Shown here: in pieces, positions 25,740 to 38,599 of the stretch
Position numbering within the stretch: the first letter of the stretch is position 1
Layout: the number at the start of each line of letters is the position of its first letter
Source of the DNA: Cenococcum geophilum
Lineage: Eukaryota
Reading direction: 5' to 3'
Length of the DNA: 64,000 bases
Assembly (NCBI GenBank): GCA_050273025.1
Contig: CP158635.1
Location: 18,476,001-18,540,000, forward strand
Position numbers and translations under genes: made by a program
Notes under the pieces: generated by a model
Told to the model about the DNA's origin: nothing
The model's input: only the letters and a program-made list of their open reading frames with translations
Databases searched by the model: none

Positions 25740-28700
25740 ACTTCTACTAGCTACTCCTTTAAACTCCCTAGCTTATTTGTGTCTACGTCTAGTATCTTAT
25801 CCGCGGCAGTCTTTTTAAACTTATGCTTATTTAGAATTCTAACCTTAATACGGGAAGCCGTGTTATATAAAATATATGCTGTTATAAGAGGGTTTTCTTA
25901 GCTAATTTGGTAGATGCGGTATATAAACTGTTCCTATTTACTAAAGGACGGATTAAGCTCTATAAGTATAATAAAGTATGCCTTATTAAGGGTAATACCC
26001 TCTATAATAGCCTTTAAAGATAATAAAAAAATCTACGGTCCGCTTGGCTGCTTCTATAAGTTATAAATAATATAGTTCTTTTACTTTAGTAATGTTTCTC
26101 TAGGGAGATATATAACAGCGTTCTCGCTATATTTAGCAACTAAGGCCTAAAATAAGTATTAACTTAGAGTTCCGGTTAAGTAAGCTGCTGTTAAGAGGTA
26201 AAAGGATAGAGTGTTTTGTTACTTACTGCTATATATACCGCCCTAATGGTTAGGAAATTAGTGCTAATAACAACCTTGCTATAATACCCCCTGACGTTTT
26301 TTAATCGTATAACTTCTTTATAGATAGCTAAAAGCGCCTTAAACTTTGTATTACCGCAAAGAATTTCCTTCTTATTCTTATCTAAGATACTTCTAATAGG
26401 AGATTTAATTAATTTTACGTGAAATTTTGCTTATATATTAATTTTGTCGTTATCTAGCAGATTCTTATTACATTTATCCTTCCATAAAAGTAACCTAGGT
26501 ATTATTGCTGCAACACGGCACGTAAAGTAGGTGCTTAAGGAGGTACCGGCTATTTGTACTGGTTGGTTCCCCTTAAAAGAACTATCTTCTTTCTATTTAA
26601 CCATTTTCTGCTAAAATACCTTTTCTATTTCTAACGCTATTGTACTTTCTATACCCTATAGCAATTCAATTTCTATAGTTCTATACTTATAGTTTAGGTA
26701 GTAAATTTAGAGCTCGCCTAAAATAACTTTTAATTTTCTTCTATTAAAGCCGATGGTATTTAAGGTATGGCGAATTTTAAAGTTTATAAGTATTTCTCCG
26801 CCGACCTAAACTAATTCTTTGTATGCCGTAGACTATAAGACCCCTTTAGGGTTGCTCTTTCCTTATTTTAAAAAATAACTCTATAGCTTCGCTATTTTTT
26901 TTAACTTTAATGGACGTATATTTTTTAAGAATGCTATTATCTTAGGCGCTTGCCTAATTTAGATCTAAAAGGCCACTTATAATAAACTAATATATATCTA
27001 TAACATTATTCTTTATTAGAGTCCCTAATATAGCCTAGATAAAGAATCTAAGGCGTTTTAGTACAGTACTTTTATAGAAATAAAGAAATTAGTTAACTGT
27101 AGTCTCTTTATTCTTCTTATTATAAAACTTATCCTATAAAACCCTACTAAAAAACATAGTCTTAACCGACTACTAACCTTTATCCTCTCGCTTACCGTTA
27201 GATAAGAAGCAGTAGACTCTTTTAGTGATTATAAAGTTGTTAATAATACGCTATTTTAGGCATTTGGATGTTATAATTATAATAAATCTTATTGCTAAGG
27301 CAGCCGGGGTACTAACTAAAGGATTACCCTTTTTAAGTGGTAGGACACTATTGGAGAACTATAGGTAAGGGGTTTTTGCTTTATCTATAAGAGCCTAATA
27401 AGTATTTAAAGTATTATAGGCGGTCTAGTTTTCCAACGTTCCTATTTCTAGCTACTTATTTAAAGTTAGCTGCTTTATACCTAGAGAAACATCCGCCGTT
27501 AAATGGCACATTATAACTCTTAGCGGTGCCTACGCTTGCATTATAAGTAGTAAGTCTTTAAATAATAAGATATAATTATCTCTCTAGGTAGTAATAATAT
27601 GTAGAACTATAATAACTAGGCTAGCACCATACTGTTTACGTATTATAGATATAGCGTTGCAATTTACGTATAAGTATAGTAAAGGCACTCTATCCTAGCT
27701 AGGACACTTAACGCTATTAGCCTAGTGGCCCTCCGGTAGATATTAAGTAGCATTTCTAGCCGCTTAATTAGTAGCTACTCTGTTTAGGTTTATAGTATAG
27801 TAGTAGTTAAGGACAATAGTTAAGTATATAGTTACTATTTTACTAGTCCCTATACCGTCTACAAAAACCCCACTATTTAGCTCTATGCGTTCCTAGTAAA
27901 ATATCTTAGATACACTATATAGCTAGTATAGGAACGCTCTAAACTCCGGATTTAGACCTTATTTACGGGGAATAAGGACTATATTATTCCCTAGGAGGGC
28001 CCCTTTAGAAACCCCCTATAGCTTAGCTAAGCGTTTATACATCCACTGCTCTATTCTCTTAACCTTACCGCCTACTTTTGCCGTGGCGGCTTCTTAAAAT
28101 CTAAAAAAAGCTAATGTTAGTCTAATTTAAGATATACTCTATATGCTTATATACCTATACCTTTACTTAATATAATTAGCAGCCTCTTCCTCCCTATTGG
28201 CTTCGTTTATTATATCTTTAAGGGCCTCTTCTTTTAGGTTATTGTCTTCTGCAGAAACCTATATGGTGTTACTAGCCAGATCGTCTACGGTTACAACCTG
28301 TAGTTAAGCTAGTTTAGGATCTAGAGCGGTTGCACTTTAGAGAGCATTATAATTGTCTTTGTTCTCCTCTATACTATTGGAACCCCCTATAGGCTAAATA
28401 GCTGGACCGCCGCGGCCGTCCTCAGTAGCTTGCCGCAATTTACCTTTAGATACTCTAGCAGGTTGCTCCCTTTTATAACTATATTTCTTTTAACCTAATA
28501 AACTTAAAATACTGCTGTACGCTAATAAGGTTAATAAAGCATTTCTCTTACTTTTAATGTCTTTATTAATAAACTTATTATTTAAGTACTCTAAGTACTT
28601 GCGGGTCTACTTAGACGTAGTCTTCCGCCGTCTCTTACATATAGGCTTGCCGCGCAAAGACTGGCGAATTAGGGTATTAGTGATGCTAGGAGGGTTTATG

Positions 28701-29500
28701 CTCTGCTTGCGCAGTATTTAGCGCGGTATTTCTATAATTAAATGCTTAGCTGCAATTGTTAGTATATAGATAGCTAGATGTTATTAAAAGAACTTATAAT
28801 CAGTACTCTTAAGTATAAATTTTACTTTACTTCTATGGTATAGCATACATTACTAAAATACGGCTTATAATACCCCTTACTAGGTAATGCAAGCCTCCTT
28901 ATGGGATTTAATGTTAACCTATATAATTTAATCCTTGTCTGAGTTAAACCCTACTAATGCTGCAACCTCTTAAAATAGCGAAAAACTGATTTCTTTAATT
29001 GTTAGAGTTTTTATATTAGCTTTTATAATATTATAGATCGTGTAAAGCTTTATAGTGTTTTAGGTGGTTAATTTTATTCTTTAAAATTAGAAGGTTATAT
29101 TTTTAAGTAAAAGCGGCTTGCCTAATAATATAGAGCCTAGTAATTCTGAGATTTGCTTAAGAGCAAATGTAGGCGCTAGCATTATTATAGGTTTGAATTT
29201 AGTTTAAGTCTAACTTTTAGGTTTTAACTTATTTTGCCGTTTTATGGCATTAGTTCTCTAAGATATTATTAAAGCAATAATGGTATCTTTGGACTAGCTT
29301 TTTAAAACATTTTCCCTCTTAGGTAAGTTACTAAGAACCTTCTAGATAAAGTTATTGTATAGTACTTTATCTTTAGTAGTATAAAACGCGACTTTATTAA
29401 GCCTAGCCTCTACTATATTATCTAAGATTGTCTTCTTAATTTTTTTAAGGCGACGAGTATTAATTTCCTATTTATTTATAATATCCGAGTCCTTTATAGT
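25740..29500 (-). pseudogene. SNF2-family ATPase-like pseudogene, copy 1 (RIP)
   Basis: De-RIPped minus strand gives GGVFADGMGTGKT (motif I, ~27840-27880), a DEFH-like motif II (~27125) and WAMSGTPMKN (motif III, ~27005-27040). Confidence 0.7.
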
Positions 29501-32219
29501 AATGCGTAAAGATACCAAGATAGGATAAAGGAGAAGTAGAGCGTTGTTATATAAGAGCGGAAGAATCTAGTTAGTGTTTAGTAAAGGTGTAAGTCTAAAG
29601 TAGGTAGGTAAAACAAACTAATCGTAAGAATTAATTAACTAGGTAGATTGCCGCAGTTCTAGGATATAAGTTACGGCTTAAAGCAGTAATTAGCGGTTAA
29701 ACTAATTAATTAACTAATTAATGTCGCGTAAAGGTGCCGTGCGAGAGTTAGTTAAGGTAGTAAAGGTAAAGAGTTAGGCGAAATGGATATTAAAGTTAAG
29801 TACTTCCGTAGTAACGCTAGCAGGCAAATTACCGTTATTTAATGCTTATTAATGGTAAGGTAAATTAAGAAGTTCTAGTAAATATATAGAATGCTAAGTT
29901 TAGCGGCATTTTGCGGCAGATTACCTTAGGTAGTATAAGTTTTATATAGTTATAATTTTTAGGATTTAAGAACTAAACTAACTTATTAGTTTATTAAACC
30001 TTATAAATCCTACCTCGACTACTAATATAAAAAGGTAATAACTTAGCTAAGTATAGAATTTACGTATTGTTTTTAATTATTTTTTAATAGAAGACTAGGT
30101 AAAGCTAATTAAGCCTTTACTATAGCCTTCTTTAAGCCCTCCTATACCGCCCTTAATTGATCCTCTATATTAAATAGCCGCTAGTTAAACTGTTTAACTA
30201 CTTATAGCACTTAATACCCCTTATTTAGCGTATATAGTACGTCCTCCCTTATAACCTTAAGCTGGTCCTTTACCGAAAGCTCTTAAAATATTACCTTTCT
30301 TTAATTTATATTATACGCTTTGGTTAGTTATAAATATAGTTTTATAACCTTAGAGATAATCCTACTTTATTACTTAGGCGTCCCGGATTAAATTAACAAT
30401 AGATGTATTTTAAGCCTTTTTAGCTTTTTAAAGTTCCTTAATTTCCGTCTTTAAACTCTCTATTCTGGTAATTAGCGGGTAACGCAGTCTATAAAGTATC
30501 CTATCCCTCCTTTATACGACTAATCGTCTAACTTATAATATTAAAGAGGTCCCTCTTTATGGTTTTCTAGTTTCCATAACAGCCATCTCCACAGCGCTGT
30601 TTTTATTTAACTTGGTTCTCTCTAGACTATATATAGCGGCATTTTTAGCGGCCGGTAGTATAGAATGGGTTAGCGGAGGCTTCTTAATAGGTAGCTAAGC
30701 TGTCTTTATAGCTTTAGCTACCTTACTATTCTTCTCCTACTTAATTAGAAACCCTTTAATCTTCTTTTAGTAACTATCCGCCGCTTTTTTCTTTTGTGGC
30801 TTTAGAGCTGGCTTAGTGGTCCTATCTCTGTTCTTTAGTAACGCCTTTTTAACGTAGGGACGCTTAATGCGCTTAGCTGGGGTAGTTATATGCCTAGGGT
30901 TTTTATTTATCTGTAATAACCAATTAGCGTAAGATATTTATAACTCCTTATTAGCATATATACTATTACGACGTTTACTTTAAAAATAGGTTAAGGGCTA
31001 GTATATGGTTAAATTAAGGGGAAATTAGTTCTAATACAGAGAGTAGGTAATAGATGGATGGATAGTGTTTAGTAGTAAGATCTAAGAGGGAAGCTTATTC
31101 TTATTAACGTTAAGAATGCGTATAAAGCGGATAGGTGGTAGTAATTTAGGGGAAGACTTTAATAGAGGATTATCCTATATAATTAGCAGCTAGTTAATAG
31201 AGGAAGGGTAGAAACCTACAGTTATAATATTATATATTACGACATTTTGCCTAACTTCCTTAAATATATATATAGGTAGTGGCCTTCTGTAGCATTTTAT
31301 TGGCATTATAAGTTAACGCGTTTTAGTAAGGCTTACTAATAAAATTACGCTAGCTAGGGTGCCTATAGCATGCTAACCTAGGTAGGAGCGCTTAAAGCGC
31401 CTAATATAAAAAGTCTCTTTTACTAAACGAAGGGATATAGAGCTTAAAGCTCCTTACTGTTTGGTTGCAAATCGCCTTTATATTATAACTATTCAATCTA
31501 TATGCCTTTTAGTGTCACCCGTTTTATAATTAGTAGCGGCTACTATTATAGCTTATTTAAATCTATAATTAAGTTAATTATTTAATAAGGCTCTAGAATA
31601 AGGCTCTAGATTTAACTTCGTATATCAATACGTAATTAACGTTAGTAAACAATTTAAAAGAGCCCCTCTCTACCACTAGGCCTCTATCGCGACTCCCTAC
31701 TTTAGTATAGCAATGGAGCCTCCTCCTCGACTAACGTCCTCTCTGTAATCGGCGTTTCCTACGTCTTTACCTACCTCCTGTACGAACTCCTTAGAAACAA
31801 GCTTATCGCAATTAAGAAGGTTAAGATAATAACATTATATAAGGCATGCAAACGCAACTATAGTATTATAATTGGGGTATGTATCTAAAACAAGCTGTGT
31901 ACTAGTATAAAGAGAACAGTAGTAGAATAAGCGGGTGTTTTAGATTTTATAGCTAATACACCCCTTAATAGATACTAAGTTAGTAGTAGAGCTCTAGGAG
32001 TTACTAATTAGCCTTATATTAAGCATAGAGTCACTAGTAATCTATTCTTCCTTAGCTGTATTTTAAATTAGGTATAGATCTAGAGCTCTAAAAGCTATAT
32101 TAACTTTATATTTACTCCGCTCTACTAATTAAATAGTTAGATCTAAAGTTTATATTAATTATAACTCTAGCCAGAAGCTCTAATTTAATAAGATTACTAC
32201 CTTAAAGAGTAAACTAGCA

Positions 32220-33250
32220 GACTTTAATCACTAAGCGCGAAATTGCCGTATATTGCCTAGTATATACCCAGTTTCTTAAGCGGCAAGCTAGCAGACTTCT
32301 ATTACTAAGCAAGAAATTATTATATATTGCCTAGCATATTACTTAGTTCCTTAAGCGGTAAGCTAGTAGACTTCTATTACTAAGCGCGAAATTGCTATAT
32401 ATTACCTAGTACACCGCCTAGTTCCTTAAGCGGCAAGCTAGTAAACTTCCATTACTAAGCGTGAAATTGCTGTATATTACCTAGTATACCGCCTAGTTCC
32501 TTAAGTAGTAAGCTAGCAAACTTCTATTACTAAGTATAAAGTTGCCGCATATTGCTAGGCATATTGCCTAATTCTTTAAATTGCAAGCTAGTAGGTATTG
32601 CCTATTAGTAAAGTATTTTAATATATTAGCTCGTATATTGCCCAGCTCCTGCGCCGCAAGCTAGTAGACTTACTATATTAATAGAGCACTACAACACATA
32701 GCCTAGCGTATTACTTAGGTTCTTAAATAGTAAACTAGTAGACGCTACTTATTAATAGAGCACTGTAATATACCTAATTATGCGTTGCCCGGTTCCTACA
32801 TTATAAGCTAGTAGGCTCCTCTTACGAGCAGAGTATTCTAAATATTAGCTTATATATTGCCTGGTTCCCGCGTTATAAGCTAGCGGCTTCTTTTATTAAC
32901 GGAGCACTGCGATATATTACCCGCGTATTACCCAGTTCCTTAAATAGCAAGATAGTACACTTCTTTTATTAATAAAAGAATTGTGGCATATTGCTAATAT
33001 ATTGCCCAGTTTTATAAAAAACAACTTAGCATATGCCTTCTATTAGCCGTAAGACTGCTATATATCGCTAAATATATTGCTTAATTTTATAAAAAAAATA
33101 ATCTAGTATTTACCTTTTACTAACCATAAAACTGCGGAATACTACCTACTATATTGCCTAATTCTAAAAATAATAGTCTGTTATACTTTTTCTACTAGAG
33201 AAGAATTTATGGTAAACTACCTAATATATTGCTTAATTCCGCGCTAAAAG
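32220..33250 (+). repeat. 75-bp tandem repeat array, copy 2
   Basis: The unit start attac recurs at 32301, 32376, 32451 and 32526 (period 75) and the units decay towards 33250. Confidence 0.9.
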
Positions 33251-33289
33251 GATTAAAAATATATCGCTACTATAATCTATAACATTTGC

Positions 33290-36200
33290 ATTAGCTGCTT
33301 CTTTAAATTTCTAGGCTTATTTGTATTTACATTCTTCTTAAACTTAAGCTTATTTAAAATTCCACTTTTAATACGGAAAGCCGTTAATAGTAACACTCTC
33401 CATAATAGTCTTTAGAAATAATAAGAGAATTTATAGTCCGTTTGGCTGCTTCTATAAGTTATAAATTATATAGTCTTTTTACTTTAATAGTGTTCCTCTA
33501 AGGAGGCATATAACGGTATCCTTGCTATATTTAGTAACTAAGGCCTAAAATAAGTGTTAGCTTAGAGTTCTAGTTAAGCGTGCTGCTATTAAGAGGTAAA
33601 AAGATAGAGTTTTTTGCTACTTACTAGTATATATACCGCCCTAATAAATAAAAAATTTGCTATAATAGCCTTTAATATATAGTGCTACTGTAATTTCTTT
33701 ATAGATAGCTAAAAGCGTCTTAAACTTCGCGTTATTATAAAGAATTTCCTCCTTATTCTAATCTAAGATACTTTTAATAGGATTTTTAACTGTGTTGGTG
33801 TAGTATTAGACTGGACATTTATTTTTTTTATTATCTGGAAGATCCTTATTAAATCTATCCTTCTATAAAAGTAACCCGGGCATTATCGCTGCATTATAGC
33901 ACGTAAAGTAGCTGCTTAAGGAGCTGCTGGCCATTTATACTAGTTTTTTCCTAGTAGGAGAACTATTTTCTCTTTATTTAACCATTTTCTGCTAAAATAC
34001 CTCTTTTATTTCTAACACTATTATACCTTCTATACTATATAGGAATTTAAGTTCTTTAGTTTTATAATTATACTTTACGTATTAAATTTAGAGCTAACCT
34101 AGAATAGCTTTTAGTTTTTGGTTATTAAAGTCAATAGTAACCTAGTTACGGCGAATAAGAAAATTTATAAGAATTAGGCTACCGACCTTAACTAATTCTT
34201 TATATATCGTAGACTATAAGGCACTTTTAGAGTTGCTCCTTCCCTACTTTAAAAATTGGGTCTATAGTTTAGCTATTTTATTAACTTCTATGGATATATA
34301 TTTTCTAAGAATACTAGGTTAGCTTAAGCGGTTGCCCAATTTATATCTTTAAGGGCGCTTATAATAAACCAGCATATATCTATAACACTATTCTCTATTA
34401 CTATACTAGAAATAGCCTAGGTAAAGAATCTTAGGTATAACAGTACCACATTTTTTTTAAGAACGAAGGAATTGGTTAATATAAGTTTCTTAATTTTTTT
34501 TATTATAAAACTTATTCTATAAGATTCTACTAAAGAGCATAGTTGCGACGGTCTATATACTTCTATAGAGGGCCGTTAGAGAACTATAAGCAGGGCGTTT
34601 TCTTTTTACCTATAAGAGTCCGACTATTATTTATTGCATTGTAATCTAACTAGTCCCCTAAAGTCCCCATTTAAAGCCATTCCTAAGGGTTTAGTCGCGC
34701 TATTCCTTTAAATATACCTTTTGTCTTATAGCATATTGCAAACTATAGTAGCGTCTACTCTTTTATTATAAGCGTAGAGTCCTTAAATAATAAGATGTAA
34801 TTTTCTCTCTAGCTGGTAATTACACTTGGAATTATAATAACTAGATTTACACTATACTGTCTTCGCATTATAGATATAGCGTTTTAATTTATATATAAGT
34901 ATAAAAAAGGCATCTTATCCTAGCTAGGACACTTAGCATCTTTAGCCTAGTTATCCTTTTATAAATACTAATTTGTATTTCTAGCCGCTTAATTAGCAGC
35001 CGCTTTATCTAAGTTTATAGTATAGTGGTAATTAAAGATAATAGTTAAATACGCGGTTACGATTTTTCTGGTTCCTATACTATTGGTAAAAACCCTACTA
35101 TTTAGTTGCGTGCGCTTTTGGTAGAACATCTTAGATACACTATACAGCTAGTATAGGAATAATTTAAACTTCGGATTTAGACCCTATTTACTAGGAATGG
35201 GGACTAGGTTCTTCGCTAAGACGGCCTTTTTAGGAACTCTGCATAGCTTAGCCAAACGTTCATATATATACTGCTCTATTCGTTAAACCTTACCTTTTAC
35301 TTTAGTTATAGCGGCCTCTTAAAATCTAAAAAGAGCTAATATTAGTCTAATTTAAGATGTACTCTATATAACTATATACTTATACCTTTGCGTAATAGGC
35401 ATTATAGCCTATATCTTCTTAGCTCGGATTATATTATCCTTAGGCATATTTTTACCTAAGGTATCTTAGATTATATTAGTTTCTATAATTTTACTAAGGA
35501 AAGCTTTTATGGGTATAGTGTTAAATTATTATATAGAGTCTAAGCTAATTAAGGATATAAAGCAGTTTTACTTTAGGAAGTATCGCGATTATTTTTACCG
35601 TGCTCTATATTATCGGGATTATCCGTGGGCTAGATAACTAGATTATTGCGGCTGTTCCTAGCAGCTTGCCGCAATTTACCGCAGTTTACCCATAGATGCC
35701 TCTAGTAGGTTACTCCCTTTTATAATTATATTTCTTCGGACTTAATAAACTTAGAATGCCGCTATATGTTAATAAGATGGATAAAGCATCGCTCTTATTC
35801 TCGCTATCTTTATTAATAAACTTAATATCTAAGTACTTGCGGATTAGCTTAGGCGTAATCTTCTACCATTTCTTAAGTACGGCCTTAGCGCGCGAATACT
35901 ATAGGTTAGAGTATCGGCAATTCTAGGAGGGTTTATACCCTACTTGTTTAGTAATTAGTACGGTGCTTTTATAATTAAATGCTTAGCTATAATTATTAGT
36001 ATATAGATAGCTAGATGTTATTAAAGGGACTTATAATCTATACTCTTAAGTAGAAATTCTACTCTACTCCTATTATATAGTATATACTACTAAAACAAGG
36101 CTTATAATAGCCCTTACTAGGTAATATAAACCTCCTTATTAGTAACCACGTTAAGCTAGGTAATTTTATTCTTATTTAAGATAAAACCTACTAATACTAA

Positions 36201-36740
36201 GACCTCTTAAAATAGCGAGAAACTAATTTCTTTAACTATTAGAGTTTCTATATTACCTTTTAAAATTTATAGACTATATAAAGCTCTATAGTGCTTTAGG
36301 TAATTAGGTTTATTCTTTAAAACTAAAAGGTTATATTTTTAAGTAAGAACGGCTTATTTAGTGATATAAAATTATATAATTCGGAGATTGGCTTAGAAGC
36401 AAATATACGTGCTAGCGTTATTATAGGTTTAAATTAAGTTTAACTTCTAACTTTATATTATTTTGCCGTTTAGTGGCATTGGTTCTCTAGGATAATATAA
36501 AAGAAATAATAGCCTATCTAGACTAGCTGTTTAAAGCACATTCCTTTTTAGTTAAGTTACTAAGAATCTTCTAAATAAACTAATTATATAGCATTTTATC
36601 TTTAGTAGTACAAAACATGGGTTTTTTAAGCCCGGCCTCTTATATATTATCTAAGATTATATCTCTTAATTTCCTTAAGGCGACGAGCATTAATATCCTA
36701 TCCCTTCGTAATATCTAAGTCCTTTATTATAATATATAAA
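33290..36740 (-). pseudogene. SNF2-family ATPase-like pseudogene, copy 2 (RIP)
   Basis: Diverged paralog colinear with 25740-29500, with motif I at ~35065-35105. Similarity extends upstream to ~37020 versus ~29790. Confidence 0.7.
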
Positions 36741-38599
36741 GATACTAAAATGGAATAAAGAAGGAGTGGAGCGTTTCTATATAAAAGTGGAAGAATCTAA
36801 TTAGTGATTGGTAAAGGTGTAAGTCTAAAGTAGGTAAGTAAGATAAACCAATTATAAGAATTAATCTGCTAGGCAGATTACTATAGTTTTAGGGAGTAAG
36901 TTACAGCTTAAAGTAGTAATTAGCAGTTAAACTAATTAATTAACTAATTAATGTCGTATAGAGGCGCCGTGCGAGAGTTAGTTAAGGTAGTAGAGGTAAA
37001 GAGTAAAGTAAAGTAGATAAGCCTAAGGCAAATACTCTCGCTAATAGAATGTAATACGCGCAAGTTAAAGAGCAATTTGCTATGGCAGATTGCCGCTAAA
37101 TACACTTCCTTTAGTTATAGAAAATATTCTTTATAAAACTAGTATAATGGGTAGAGCTAGAAGTATATTAAAATATATAACCTAAGAATAAGGGTTAATG
37201 CGCCTAGGACGTTTTGCCTGTTTAGGATTAATATTTTAGCTTAATTAAGACCGCTTTAATACACCCTTTTAAGTAGGGCTCCTAGTAAATAATTAAGACT
37301 CTAAATAGTATTAGATTTAAAGCTATAAGGACTAATACTATATACCGCGTATATTTATAACTACAAAAACAATTATATTCTTAGAGGCTTTAAGCGTTTA
37401 TTGTATTATATACTTTAAAAGTCCCACATTCTAAACTGGCATAATTATTAGTATATCTGCCTATAACTCCTCCGTCTTTAGGTTAACTCTAGCGTCCTAG
37501 GCAATATTAAGAAATTTAGGGAAATTAAAAGACTTATCCACCCTTCTACTAAGTTAGTTTAAAGTAGACTAGCACCTAAGTCTATATAAATTATAGACCG
37601 TAGTATATTCTCTAAATCTCGGCATATATAGATTATAAGACCCCAAACGTTATATTTGTTAATATGTTTAGGTAAAAGAGATTAATATACGTCCTAAGGC
37701 TCTGTATAAGGGTACCCTATAGCAGAATTTATAGCTCTATACCAAAGTCCCAATTCAGCACTAGCCTGGCTAGCTTTCTTATGTATATTTAACTGCGTGC
37801 GAGTAAGGAGATATTAGGCTACTTCCTTAGTCTATTTAACCGGAGCAGTACTAGACTCTAGGATTTAATTAACGATTTTGGCTATAATTTTACTTTAAAT
37901 AGCGTAATTTATTTAGTCTTAGAAGCGTATAGATATTATATTACTTTTATTTATAATATCCTTAACTACTCCTTTAATCTTATATAAACGAGTACTGCTA
38001 ATATTAAACCCGGATATAATCTACTTATCCTTCCTAGGAGTTTTACCAGTAGACTTATACTATGCCTCCTCCATAGTATACATACTATTTAATTATATTG
38101 TTGCCATGCTAGGTATGTATAGTGTTAGTAAGGGACGCGGAATTAAAGGTTTATAAATATTTAGCGGTTGTAAATTAATTGTAATAGGTACTATAGGATA
38201 CAATACTGCTTTATATATTATTAGCGCTTAGGATAATATACTACTTAGTATATTTAACTTATAATTTAAAAGGAGTAAGCCGTTACAGTAATTAGGATAG
38301 CTAGCAGATCGCCGCAGATTACGGCTATTAGATTAGTTATATAATATACTGCCCTTTTTAGGCTATAAACCTATCTATTTAATCTTAATAATAACGTAAG
38401 GAGCCACATTTGTTGTTATTATAATAGGCTTAATAAATTGCTAGTGCCCTAAATATAAGCGCACGATTTCTACCATAAGTAGATTGGCGCGACATAAGCT
38501 ATACTACAAAACTGCGGGTATAGACTATCTTAACCAATAGGATAATATCTATTTTATAATTTAGGCTTAAGCAGATACACATAAAGACAACAAATTTAC

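Noticed and set aside
32220..33250. CRISPR-like appearance of regular repeats
   Set aside because: The units are contiguous with no unique spacers, the context is eukaryotic and there are no cas genes.
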